DNA from: Podarcis muralis
Taxonomy: Eukaryota
Assembly: GCF_964188315.1 (NCBI RefSeq)
Contig: NC_135660.1
Span: 49,228,001 to 49,292,000, forward strand
Direction: 5' to 3'
Length of the DNA: 64,000 nucleotides
Shown: piece by piece, positions 39,315 through 51,680 of the stretch
Layout of the letters: every line of letters begins with the position of its first letter
Numbering within the stretch: the first letter of the stretch is position 1
Notes under the pieces: generated by a model
Database searches by the model: none
Told to the model about the DNA's origin: nothing
The model's input: the letters and a program-made list of their open reading frames with translations, nothing else
Made by a program: the position numbers and the translations under genes

Positions 39315-39320
39315 TATTAT
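39133..39320 (+). mobile_element. L2 LINE 3' end with (TTA)n tail
   Basis: ctgaaggcagccctgtttaggga...gggagctgcccagagtggctggggaaac...gggcggggt followed by (TTA)n from 39261. Confidence 0.88.
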
Positions 39321-40136
39321 TTCTTACCACTATCAATGGATACATAAAAATATCATATGGAAACTGGAATGTACTAGTGGTGTGCACTGACCACAAGATT
39401 TGGTTCCGATCCCAATTTGGTGCTTTGGAAAGAACCCCACTTGGGTGTGGGGCACTTCACCGGCTGTCCCATTTGGTTCAGAATGCATCCAGGTCTGCTT
39501 TGTCCACCATTCACACCCCAGTTCAGTCCTGGAAAATAGTATTGTAATAAATAACCATCTATAACTTTTTTAAACTTCTGATACAGTGGATGAAAACTAC
39601 AGGCGAGCTAGTGCTCCAGATTAGCTAAAGTTTGCCAAATTATAGGCAGATAGATTTAGGGATGTTTTTGCTGAGCACCTTTAATAGTTGCCTTTTTTTA
39701 AAAAAAAAGGAAACATATAGGCAGAGTTTAATGAAAATCATAGGAAACTACTCCTCTCCTACATTTCTAAAGGATTACTGCAGTGAGTTTCCTGCAAGCC
39801 AGCTGTTAAGAATTCTGATGTGGATGAAAATGAAATCTTTTAATTTTCCCATGTATTTTATGTGCAATTGGTCTGTAAATCGCAGACACGAAAGCGTAAG
39901 AAACCTGCCAAATTGTAGACAAATACATAGAGGGACTTTTGTGCTAGACATCTTTTAAAGTTGGTTTTGGGGTGGGAACAATGAAAACAGATTTGTTTTC
40001 TGGCTAAAATTATTCCCTTTGACCTATCAGTCACAGTGGACTTCTACCTCCTTCCTCTTCTGATTTGCTTTCCCTTCTTCCACCACACCATCCAATGCTG
40101 GATCTAGACACGTCAAAGAAGCATTTCAGTTTAAAG

Positions 40137-40385
40137 CAGGAGTCAGCAAACTTTTTCAGCAGGGGGCCGGTCCACTGTCCCTCAGACCTTGTGGGGGGCC
40201 AGACTATATTTTGGAAAAAATATGAACAAATTCCTGCGTCCCACAAATAACCCGGAGATGCATTTTAAATAAAAGCACACATTGTACTCATGTAAAAACA
40301 CGCTGATTCCTGGACCGTCCGTGGGCTGGATTTAGAAGGCAATTGGGGCGGTTTCGGCCCCTGGGCCTTAGTTTGCCCACCCATG
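40137..40385. mobile_element. hAT (Charlie-like) non-autonomous element
   Basis: TIR caggagtcagcaaact / agtttgcccacccatg; perfect 8-bp TSD gtttaaag (40129-40136 / 40386-40393). Confidence 0.9.
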
Positions 40386-40444
40386 GTTTAAAGCATTGCA
40401 AATTTAAACAGGGAAAACAGGTAGAGAAAAACGGGACTCCACGT

Positions 40445-40476
40445 CGCCATCTGGTGGCACAATGTTATATTGCACA
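40445..40476 (-). promoter_or_regulatory. CTCF motif with upstream (ZF9-11) module
   Basis: Minus strand TGCAA-N12-CCACCAGATGGCG; the core fully matches CCASYAGRKGGC. Confidence 0.7.
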
Positions 40477-40694
40477 TACAACGCATATAAATCGCTATTT
40501 CTTTGCCAGTCTAGCAGAGTCCCTGGTGTTATAGTAATATTAGAGACATTATGTTTGCTTTCAGCCAATGCTTGCCTGCAACTTTTTTTTTTTTAATGTC
40601 TAGATCACTGAGGCACCCCAAAGTGCTTAAGGAGTTCCTGCTTACGCTGGTGTGCCTTGCAGAGACCCTGCTTTGCCTCTGATAAACCAAAAAC

Positions 40695-40725
40695 TGCAAG
40701 AGTTTTGAAAGACCAGCAGAGGTCA
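40695..40725 (+). promoter_or_regulatory. Second, weaker CTCF-like motif
   Basis: TGCAA-N13-CCAGCAGAGGTCA; one mismatch to the core consensus. Confidence 0.35.
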
Positions 40726-41078
40726 AGAGTGCACCAGTGTTGTGGTTTTTTTAAGGGACACAAGCAGTGATGCTCACCCTTACGCCTGCTGAAGTCTTTT
40801 GTAAGGATTGACTACTTCCTCAAAATATGTACTCCATTTTTGCTCTTTTTAAAAAAAAATGTGAAAAAGACATGTTTTGTGACCCCTGGGCTGCTGGAAT
40901 GTGGAAAGATGGAGTGGAATGGAGCGGATTTGTGTGTTCAGCCCTAATTCTTAAAATCCTGGTTTCAGAGGCAATCTGTTTCTTACTTCTGGGGTGGGAA
41001 ATGGGAAAATATAGTTCCTTGGATGAGAAAATAATATTCTGTGCATTGTCCAGCAAACTTGGTTTCCCATAGCACCAG

Positions 41079-41254
41079 AGCTCAGTGGCCAAGCACATTC
41101 TTTGCATCTGGGATATCCAGATTCCATGCCCAGCTTGGTATGGCTTGGTGAGAGCCCTATCTGAAGCCTTAGATAGCTTCTTGCCAGTCAGTATAGACAA
41201 ACTGAGCTAGGTGGAGCAATAAGTCTGACTTATAAGGCAGCTTCCTATGTTCTT
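41079..41254 (+). mobile_element. Degraded tRNA-head SINE with CR1-type tail (family name uncertain, Squam2-like)
   Basis: Head agctcagtggccaagcacattctttgca; tail tgccagtcagtatagacaaactgagctag...taaggcagcttcctatgttc. Confidence 0.6.
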
Positions 41255-42962
41255 AGGTTCATATTCCAGTACTCAGCCCTGGTTCTGAAACTGGCTAGTA
41301 TTGAAAGAGCTTATATTTATAGTGGAAATCATAGAGGTCTTGTAAACAGTTCTTGTACTACAGTCACACCAGGAGTGGTAATTAAGAACACCCACATTGC
41401 CTTCCTTCATAGTGTCAATAAACATGTTTCTGGGTCATGAATTGCAGACTGCAGAAAAGAAAAGGTTCCCCCCTCCCTGCTGCGTTGTGTCTTAGTCTGT
41501 ATAATTTCACAGACAAGCCTCCGCCTTTCCCCCCCTTCCACACACCCCAAAACAATTGTCTTCTAAAGTGCAAAAAACCCACAAAGCCCCCCCCCAAGCA
41601 TAAACATTCATGCATGGTGAAAGTTTAGTAAATTGCAAACGTAGAAGAAGAAACAGTCTTTTTCGAAGTACTGCTTAGGTGGAATTTGGTAGGCTCAACT
41701 GCGATTGTGTTGTTTCAAAGTCTTGCAAAAATAACTCCTCAGAAGGAAGCTCTAAGTCTAAAGGGGATTCCCAATATCATTAACGTGACATTTCCTTGGT
41801 AGTATTTTTGTCACGATAAGGAAACATGTTAAGGGAATGATCTTTCAGTTTTAGCTGAAACATACACGCAAATTCAGTTTCAAAGGTTTTGTGGTGCTGA
41901 AAACTAAAGTGATAATCACAAGTGACTTAGTCGTGAGTGTTAGATGTTTTGGGGCAATAATATACTGGTCTGCATTTTGAGGGGGCGGGTGGGGGGCTTG
42001 CTTTTCCATCTCCACTAATCCCTTCTATCTTCACTTTTTATCTAAACTACCTGAAACTTGCAAAAGAAACACCTGCATCTTTTGAATACCATTTCAGACA
42101 ATAGACACGTGACTGCTGTTGAATGTGTACCTGTTATCCATTTAACCCATTTTGCAGATTTTAGAAGGAAGATTGTAAAAGTCATTTCTCGTTTCTCATT
42201 ACCAGCAACTTCTCGGTACTATGGATTTCTGATGCTTGTATACACTGAGTCATAGTATAAATGTGTATGCGTGTATATAGATGTGTGTTTTACTTAAAGC
42301 ACATTTCAACTGAAAAAGCTCCCAGAATGATGTGAGATCATTAACAAGTGAGCCAGTCCTTGCCCTCAGGTTTACATAGCACAAAAGGAGAAAGGAAAAC
42401 AAGCAAACTGAGGCAACAGTTCTTGAGAGTTGTGATGATCGTCTTGAGGGAGAAGAGGCCCAATGGACCTGGTGTCTTAGCAGAGCCGATGGGGTGGTCC
42501 TACTTCCCATGTATTTTGCTGGGCTCAGCACTCTCCCTTCTCCTCCTCTGCCAGCCCTGAGTGAGGTGCTGCCCTGAGGCTGCCTTTTCCTCTCTGCATC
42601 TCTCTGTCTCAACTGTGCCACGTTTGTGTCGCTCCCAGGGGCACAGTCCAACTCCCTCCCCGTGTTTGCTTCACCAAAATTGGATCCAGGAATCCACCCA
42701 GCAGAATTCTGCTCATGCTGGAGAAGGTGAAGATAGGTGATTCTTCCTTCCTTGTAACCCCTGAAAATCTGCTCCAGAGGTTTAAATCTGGAGAAAATCT
42801 GTTCCAGATCCAGAGGAGTATTCCAGGGTTGTAGGTGAAGTGCAGGACACATGAGAAAAAAGAGTAGATAAAAACAGCTTCTCCATTGTGGAGCTTCCAC
42901 TACTGGATCTTGGTCCATTCTGTGGATGGAAGGAGCCCTTCCATACGCAGAAGGATCTAACC

Positions 42963-43082
42963 TAAGGTTACCAGACGTCCCCGTTTCCCGGGGACAGTCC
43001 CCGGTTTTACAAATCACTCCCCTGACAAAAATCCATCTATTGAGTTTTAGTAGGAAGTTGGAAAAAAAATATGGTAACCTTA
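42963..43082. mobile_element. hAT (Tip100-like) MITE
   Basis: TIR taaggttacca / tggtaacctta; perfect 8-bp TSD atctaacc. Confidence 0.88.
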
Positions 43083-43226
43083 ATCTAACCCACTGTTTAT
43101 ACATTGTTGTTTACCTTGAAGCGCTGCAGACCAATGTTCCTAATCTTAACCCCACCCCTTCCCTTCCCTTCCCTCTCCACATGAATCTTATGCCAGCCAT
43201 ACTCATGATTTAGAGTTATATTGAAG

Positions 43227-43533
43227 AAATAATAATAATAATAATAATAATAATTTTTTTTATAAACACCCCCCCTTAGCTGGCTGGGTTTCCCCAGCCA
43301 CTCTGGGCAGCTTCTAACAAAGTATTAAAATACAGTGGTCTGTTAAACATTAAAAGCTTCCCTAAACAGGGCTGCCTTCAGATGTCTTCTAAAAGTCTGG
43401 CATTCCACAGGGCAGGTGCCACTACCGAGAAGGCCCTCTGCCTGGTTCCCTGTAACTTGGCTTCTCACAGTGAGGGAACCGCCAGAAGGTCCTCGGCCCT
43501 GAGCGATTGGGTGGAGACGCTCCTGCAAGTATA
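43227..43533 (-). mobile_element. L2 LINE 3' fragment with (TTA)n tail
   Basis: Closely matches 27300-27647; (TAA)n run at the left end. Confidence 0.88.
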
Positions 43534-46215
43534 TTGAAATCTCTATGACCATTTAGTTTTTAATCAGAATTTGGAATTTAATCAGAGTTTGAAACTGGCT
43601 TCACAATTCCATGTTAAGAGCAAACCATGGTTAGCTAGCACCGTGTAAGACTTAAGTGAAAATTTGTGTGCACAATGGGAAGTGCTGTCTTCTATACTCA
43701 ACCCTTAACTGAAATTAAGGCATTGACAGTGTTTTGTCTGTATAGGCTCTTTAGGGTTTGTAATCTGCTTCCATTGAACTCCATTAAGAGGCTGCCAGCT
43801 AGGATCCAGATACATATTCAACTGTTCATGGGCTGAATGATTATAAGCATGTGCAGAGAAAGTAGCAGAAGGCATTTTTGCTCCTTTCGCTTTTAAGGAG
43901 TACATATGCCTTGGTGTGTCCCACTGATAGCTGGAATATGTGTCAACAAAATTTCTGAGTGAATGCAAACACAGATAATCCTTCGTTCCAGACCTTTTGG
44001 AACAGAGCCTCCAACTTTGAAGAAAGAATTTTCCTTTCCAGAGATTGGGGTGGGGGTGGGGAATATTTTAATAGAAATAATCCTTTCCCTTCCTCTAGTT
44101 GAATGTCAAACTAGAATTACCACTGAAACCACATACCCCAAAGGCTTTCTGGCCCTTTTGCAACACTCATGCTTGTGTACTGCATACCATTGAATCAGAG
44201 GTAAAAATATATGGACACAAATATTCATTTATTGTCTGGAGCCTTTGTTTTTATGCCTCCACAGTGTTCCAGAATATTGTATTGAATGCATTTTGGGGAG
44301 GAGTTACTTGTTACAATACCTCTGAAAGTAATAAGTTACACTGAAGCCTGCTGTAGACTGGTTGGATTATGTCTGAAGACCATTTAGATTTCCCTAATTT
44401 GTAGAAAAGTTGTGTAGTGTGTGGCCATATATTTTTCTGGTTTTGTCGTTTACAGCCTAGGCAGCATGCTTCCAGCCATACCAGAAGATGGTGCAGTTTG
44501 CTAATATCTATTTCCCTATGAGCGTGTTCTAAGCAGCAAACTGACTCAGCGATTACGAGTTCTCATAATTCAGTGCTTAGTAAAGCCATAGATGGTAGTG
44601 ATAATGTTGTACAGTGGTTAGCGTGCAGGGAAGAGCTGAGTTCAAATTCCTTCCTGGAACACTGCAGCCATAACCTCTTTCATATGGCTGAGATGAACTT
44701 TCACCGAATATTGGGTGAACTCAGGAAGCAAAAGGAGGGACATAACTAGCCCCTAAACTTATCTTATTTCTCTGCCACTGCATGTTTTCGCATGTGACAA
44801 ATATGGCCATTGTGAGGTAGAAACAAATGCTGAAATCATTGCTGAAAAACAAAGCGGAAAGTCCAATTTCAGCTATTGTTTTCTAGTACAAAGAAAGGGT
44901 CTACCATTCCTCAAATGCTGAAGATTTATTTTCATATCAGTGGAGCTTTTTATTTTCATTTTTGATGGGTGGTGGGGCATAATTAGAACAAAATGAATTT
45001 TGAACTTAGTGAAATTATGCATGCATATAGAGCAGCCTATCAAATCTCAGACATTAGGGTTGAACTTCCGATTCTGCAACCAGTTAAGAAGGCATCAACA
45101 TACCGCACAAATCAGTGGGTTATTAGACTGATTTGGCAGGTCTTTCTCTCTAAACCTTATTCATTTTAGATCTAGACAGAAAAAAGGGAAATTGAAAATA
45201 AGGGCGCTAATTACCTTTTTAACGTTAATACATTTAAATTAGTGATGCATCTTTACTGGAAGATAGCTGATTATCTAAATTTCTGGTGTGTTGTTTCCAG
45301 CATATTTCCTTTGTTCTGTGTTACTCTGTTTCTAAATATGTATCAGTGGATAGAAGTCTATATGCAATTAACTTTTCATTATCTTGCCAGTTTCATATGT
45401 TTGTATCATTTGTATTGCACACTTGTGGTGCTAGAGCTGGAATACTCTTAGGGAGGCTTAACAGAGAGCTTTCATATGTATCGTACTGAAAATCGTTTGT
45501 GTATTTAAAATATTTATCTACTGCCCCTCATAAAATTAATATCAAGGTGGTGTATAATAAAACAGTTCCATACAAAACAACAGTTTTAAAATTCAGTACA
45601 CAATAAAAACAATGCAATCAAAAACAAATTACAATTATCTAAATCAAGTTGCCCATTAGTGTTAGGCAGAGCTGCTACATTGACTTACTGGCAAGGATCG
45701 GAGTATCTCCCATTTTGCACTAAGAAAAGAGAGGTGAAGAACTACCGACTGCCACTATGTAGGGGAACACAGTTACAGCTCCCTTATTCATAACTGCAGA
45801 CTGAGGTCATTGCACATTAATGTGCTTTGCACAAAAACAACACTTTTTGCCCCAAAGAATGATGATGGGGAGAGTTTCACTAATGAGGGAGATCTATGAT
45901 ATGGGATATTAGAATTCATATTTTGTGGTATAGGGTCAAATAAAACATTTAGGTTATCCATGCAGCTCTTTGTTGAATAAGGAACTGGGAACCAACTTCA
46001 GCATCATAAATGCACACAAGACAGTGATAACTGCAAAGTCACCATCTGTTTTCCAACTCCTGAGGTTCAACTCTTGCAAAACAAAAAAACAAACAACAAA
46101 AAAACAGGGGGGGAAACACACAAACCACGTCCAACCATGGTACACTTGGTATCAATTCATCACTTTTTTTGTCTGCGTGATTGGGTGGCAACATGGCACA
46201 TTAAGTTTAATGTAA

Positions 46216-47492
46216 ACAAGACATCTTAATTTCACATATATGCTCATGGGGTCTAAACTGGTGGTGACTGACCAGGAATGAGACCTTCATAGCAGGTAAC
46301 TCAGCCGTGGAAAAGGTTAATTCCAAGCTAGAGATCACTAGGAAAGGAATTGAAACTAAAACTGCAAATACCACAATGTCATTATACAAATCTACAGTGT
46401 TACTTCATTTGGAATACTATGTGCAATTCTGGTCAATGCACCTCAAAACGATATTGTGGAGTTTGAATAGGTTCAGAAAAGGGCAACCAAAACAATCAAG
46501 GAGATGGAGCAACTCCACTATGATGAATGGCTGCGGCACATGGCATTTCTTAGTATACAGAAAAGGTGAGTAACAGGTGACGTTATAGAAATCCATTTTA
46601 AAAAATTAATAATGGTGTACCTTTCAATAGAGAAACTGTGAGATGTTGTAACGAATTGGGTCCCGTTACAGTCAAACCTTGGTTGTCGAACGTAATCCGT
46701 TTTGGAAGACCATTCGACTTGAAACGTTCGACAACCGAGGCACGGCTTCTGATTGGTTGTGAGAGCTTCTTGCACTGAAGCAGAAGCCACGTCGGACGTT
46801 AAGGTTCTGAAAAATGTTTGAAAACCAGATTATTTACTTCCAGGTTTTCGGCATTTGGGAGCCGAAACGTACGATAACGGAGGCGTTCAGGAACAGAGGT
46901 TTGACTGTACTGCAAATACAATTTTTTTTGGCTAAATTTCTTCTCTGTGCTAATAACAAATTGAAGCCAATATTGGTTTGACAATAGAAGATAAAACTTA
47001 GCAAGCTTGATAGTGAAAGTGTCCAATTTGAGTTATGATTGTTAGAGCTAAACAATGCATAGCTTGGAGCAAGTGGATAGAGAAACGTATTTATTCCTCA
47101 TAACTCTTGAATTCATGAACATCCATAGAAACTGAATGTTAGAAGATGCAGGTCAGATAAAATGAAGTACTTCGTTACGCAGCGCATAGTTACAACTATG
47201 GAACTCATTCCCACAGGAGACAGTGATGGCCACCAACTAGCATAGCTTTAAAAGTGATTTAGACAAATTCATGTAAGATAAGTCTGCCAATGGCTACTAG
47301 GCATGATGGAGGCCATGTACTGCCTCCACAGTAGGAATCAGTATGTGTATGAACACCATTTGCTGTAAACTACAGTGAGAGAGCTCTTGTGCTGGGGTCC
47401 TGCTTGCCAGATATCTGGTTGACCACTGTAAAAACAGGATGCTAGATTAAATGGGCTATTGGCCTGATCCAGCAGGCAGCTCTTATGTCCTT
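46216..47492 (+). mobile_element. Decayed CR1 LINE 3' portion
   Basis: ORF 46307-46573 (..ITRKGIETKTANTTMSLYKSTVLLHLEYYVQFWSMHLK) matches the CR1 ORF2 motif LYKxxVRPHLEYCVQFWSP; 3' end ttggcctgatccagcagg...cttatgtcct; interrupted by the MITE at 46669-46907. Confidence 0.85.
46669..46907. mobile_element. Tc1/mariner-pogo MITE, family D
   Basis: TA|cagtcaaacct ... aggtttgactg|TA; related to 48233-48482 (shared cttctgattgg, acttccaggttt, gggagcc). Confidence 0.85.
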
Positions 47493-48232
47493 GAACTGAG
47501 TGGGAAAGTTTGAAGGGAGTTTTGCAACCTATGATGACTACTGGGTAACTTCTGTTATCTTCTTCAATGGGGTTGTTCCATGACAGATTCACACCTGCAC
47601 AACATCTGTGCCACTGACACTCAAACTTTGGGACTGTTGAAATATATACAACAAAAAAGTAATCAATTTGAGTCAAGTGACTCAAATTGGGTCTACTAGA
47701 TCCAGAGTTTTTAAGCAATTTGGACCTCTCCAAACTTGGGGCCTCTCCAAACTTAGCTTCATTAGTTTCATAGTAGATCTGCCTCTGCTCATGGAGTTGT
47801 TGCAAGGAAAAAAGTGGGAACTATGTGCACTATCTTCAACTTCTTGGAGGAAAAGTGAGGCAGAAACACAAATATTAATAAAATATATTTTCACATCTCT
47901 ATCCTATATCAAATATAAATTACAAAACAGCAAATTCTTCAGACACTTCATTGTTCCGCTTATGGTGATAGTTTATGTAGCATTTATTAGCAACAAACTA
48001 TAGGATTAATTTGCTTTCTAGTATATTTTACATATTAAAGAGTCATTACTATAGGCATGTATTTTCTTAGTGGTGTTTAACTTCAAAAAAGAAAAATATG
48101 CATGTATTTCAGTATCTCCAAAGTCTGTACATTAATCACTTAGGCCCCATATGCACTATACATTTAAAGCAATAACATACCCTATTGTCATTGTATACAC
48201 GGAAATATCCATACTGTATTTTTATCAATATA

Positions 48233-48482
48233 CAGTGGTACCTCAGGAGTCAAACGGAATCCGTTCCGGAAGTCCTTTCGACTTCCAAAACATTCGGAAA
48301 CCAAGGTGCGTCTTCTGATTGGCTGCAGGAAGCTCCTGTAGCCAATCAGAAGCCGTGGAATCCACATTGGACATTCAAGTTCCAAAGAACGTTTGCAAAC
48401 CGGAACACTCACTTCCAGGTTTGCGGCGTTCGGGAGCCAAAACGTTTGAGTCGTAAGGCATTTGTTAACCAAGGTATGACTG
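48233..48482. mobile_element. Tc1/mariner-pogo MITE, family D
   Basis: TA|cagtggtacctc ... aggtatgactg; internal inverted cttctgattggctgcagg / cctgtagccaatcagaag. Confidence 0.85.
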
Positions 48483-51400
48483 GAGATTATACTCTCTTAA
48501 AACAGGGGAATAGAATAGAATTGCTTCATAATTATTTTCTGGTATTATTATTATTATTACTTACTAAATTTGTATACTACTCTTCATCCGTAGATTTCAG
48601 GGAGGTTCGTAATGTAAAAATACAATATTGTAAACAGTCTCATAAAACAGAATATTTCCTTAAGCACTTTGGGCACGATCCAATCAAAGTTAAGCACTTT
48701 TAAAAATCCTAATTGATTTCTGTGTAGAAATTAATTTGACTTCAAAGTGCTAGACTTTGCTGGATCTTGCCCTACGTGCATCCACTATGAAGAAGTTCCT
48801 TTAGAATAACTTGTGCTTCTTGAAGTTATCCTCATCATGTTTTTTCTTTGGAATGGTAGTTTCCTGCCTATTCATGAAATGTTTTAGCAACTTCAAAACA
48901 TGTCTTAAGTTGTAACTGTATAAGATGTGCATTCTCCCCATATTTATTCATGTGCATGTTCTGCATACACCACAATACACAGCATGAATGTGATAATTAA
49001 ACGGTGGGTGATTTACTAATAATGTGAAGCTATCATCACTTTGTTGACATAAATATACAGAATAAGTAAATAGAATGCAACACACCCAGGCATTATACAA
49101 AATACAATTTTATGCCATTTTAACTTGAATTCACAAGTGTCTCTTAAGTATTCATACCAGCCAAATGCTTTGTAGATAACTCAAAAGAAATATCTCTGAA
49201 TAGTGGCTCCCTAATGGTCTGTTTAATAGACGATTTTTGGGAATACTAAGAAGTAAAGAAGACAGGTACAGAACTGACTTTTTAGATTTGGATGATATAC
49301 TGCATATTAGTATGATATAGACTTAAATGAATAAAATCCTAAATATTTATAAATTCCAATGATGACTTCAGAACACACAAATCCCAATAAAAAGTTTAAT
49401 TTTGTGTTCTCTTCTATAAAAACTAATAGCTACATGTGTACTTAGATGTGTGTAGATCAACATAAATTCGGAAAGAATTTAATGTTCAAATGTTTTATTC
49501 TTTCCCACAAACATCAGTTTGCACAATCAAATACCCATCTCCTACTAAGCTAGCTTTTAAGCATGTCATTTAGACAGCTAAATGCTCTGAAAACTATGAT
49601 TAAGTGTAATTCAGAGAATTGGGAGTATTATAATCTGTAATGAAAATTCAAGTCTGCTACTTGGCCTTTAATGACATGTTTATCGTCACCTCACTGCTCT
49701 TAACCTCTATACTTGCACTTTTGGTTAATGTATTTGCCTACTGAATCATTGCCTTGCATCAAAAATTGTGCTTAAAACATCTGCAGTTATCTCATGTGTG
49801 ATTTGCATTCTTTACATAGGCATATATTTAATTTTACTTACATTCTTTTGCATTGGGCATGAAATGCGGTAATGTGATACACCAAATTGCACAGTAGTTT
49901 CGTAATATAACATCACATTTTTTCAACACAGGTGTGTGGGATGCTTAAATTGGTTAATTTGCAATCTGATCATAAATATTGACCCGACTTGTCATTAATG
50001 AAGGATGAGCCTAATGATAAATTGTTAGACAAACATTGCAAATGCAAGCATGTGTGTACATAAGAAGTCGTCTTGAGCTATATAACATTATCCGGCCTTG
50101 AGTAGTCCTATTTGTAATGATCCATAGTTTTGCACTTTGGTGCAGCTGGAATTGATCTCTTGAATAATAATTATCCACCATTCCACATTGACTGTGATGT
50201 TTGTTACAAAATGAAGCCAAATTGCCCATTGATAGTTAGATATCTCAATACATTCTATCATATGAGAAACCTGATTTTGTTTGACATTTATTCATATATA
50301 TTTTGTTAGCTAGGGATCAATATACTATGAGTTTTCTATATGTGGTCAAAGTTTATGGAGGTTTCAGGAGATTAACTTTTAAAACTTAGGTCTTCTTAGG
50401 TCAACATTTAGAACTAGGTGCAACATACATCTAGTGAGGATTAAGGTGTGTGTGTGGACCAAAGTGTCAGATTCCCATCTAAATTCTAGAAAGTGGGTAA
50501 ATCCAATGGCCTGTGGCATATGGGGTTCAGGAGGACTTTACACTTTACTTTGTTTCCCATGTTGCTTAACATTTACATTAAAGTACCAGAAGAGTTTGTC
50601 CAGTGGTTTGGGTGGCATCAGTATGCTGATGAGACCTTGGTTCTTTTAATCTAATTCCAGGGAGGCAGTGAAGGTCCTGGTCTGGTGTATGAGATCTGTG
50701 AAGGACTGGATCTGAGTGAAAAACCAGAAACTTAATCCAGATGGATAGAAACACTTAGAGGTGTTTTTTGGTTTTTTTAAAAGTCATGAAGTAAGTTATA
50801 TGACATGTTTTGAATGGGGTTGCACATCCCTTGGTGAACCAGGATCATAGTTTTGAGTACTCATCAAATCAGCATTAATCCTTGATCACTGAGCAGGGGC
50901 TATGGCTAGGATTGCTTTTGCTACACTAACTCTGTCCTTTTCCATAAAAGTCAGCTCCTACCGCTATCACACATCCAGGTTGGATTACTTCAGCACATAG
51001 TATCTGAGTATACCTTTAAAGCATGCTCAGAAACTTCAGCTGGTACACAATGTGGTGTTTTTAAAATAATATATACCCCTACTGCTTCATCAGCTTCATT
51101 GCTTCATTATTGTTTCCAAGTTCCATTGTACTCATTATCTTCCGAGTCCTGAATGGTGAGACCAAGATATATAAGAAGCGGGTCTTCTGCTGTATAATCC
51201 TTTCCATCTCTGGGGCAGACTTGCCTTCATGTTCCACCATCAGCTGCTGGGTACATGGGAAGGCCGCCTAAGTTCTGAAACTCCTTATCTTAAGAGGTCT
51301 GGTTGGTCCCTTCTTTGATAGTATAAAACAAACAAAAAAGGTGTTACTCCATTGTTGGGGTCTGGATAACTCCTCTTCTTAATGTTGATTTTATTAGATA

Positions 51401-51515
51401 ATTCTTGATATGTTTTAGTGTATTACTTTCTCTTGTAACTGATTTTTTAAATATATTAAAATCTTTGTTAATTGACTTGGAGGATTCATTGACGGAACAG
51501 AAAGTATGGCATATA

Positions 51516-51680
51516 CCATATTTTTCCGTGTATTAGACTAGGTTTTTTTCCTAAAAAATAATGTCAAAAATTAGGGGGTGTCTTACAGTCTGGGCCATCT
51601 CCCCCAATTTTCTTAAATCTGAATCCCCCAAAATAGGGGGCGTCTTATACATGGGGGCGTCTTATAGACGGAAAATATGG
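51516..51680. mobile_element. TcMar (Tc2-like) MITE
   Basis: TA|ccatatttttccgt ... acggaaaatatgg|TA with duplicated gggggcgtcttata. Confidence 0.85.

Noticed and set aside
42250-43104. Longest gap-free ORF (284 aa, minus strand)
   Set aside because: Runs through a hAT MITE and a (TA/CA)-like tract, has no recognisable domain and no splice context; likely a chance ORF.
21190-43650. Possible aaaccatggtt-type palindromic squamate repeats at about 21190-21300, 28690-28980 and 43560-43650
   Set aside because: Too decayed to fix boundaries or family by eye.
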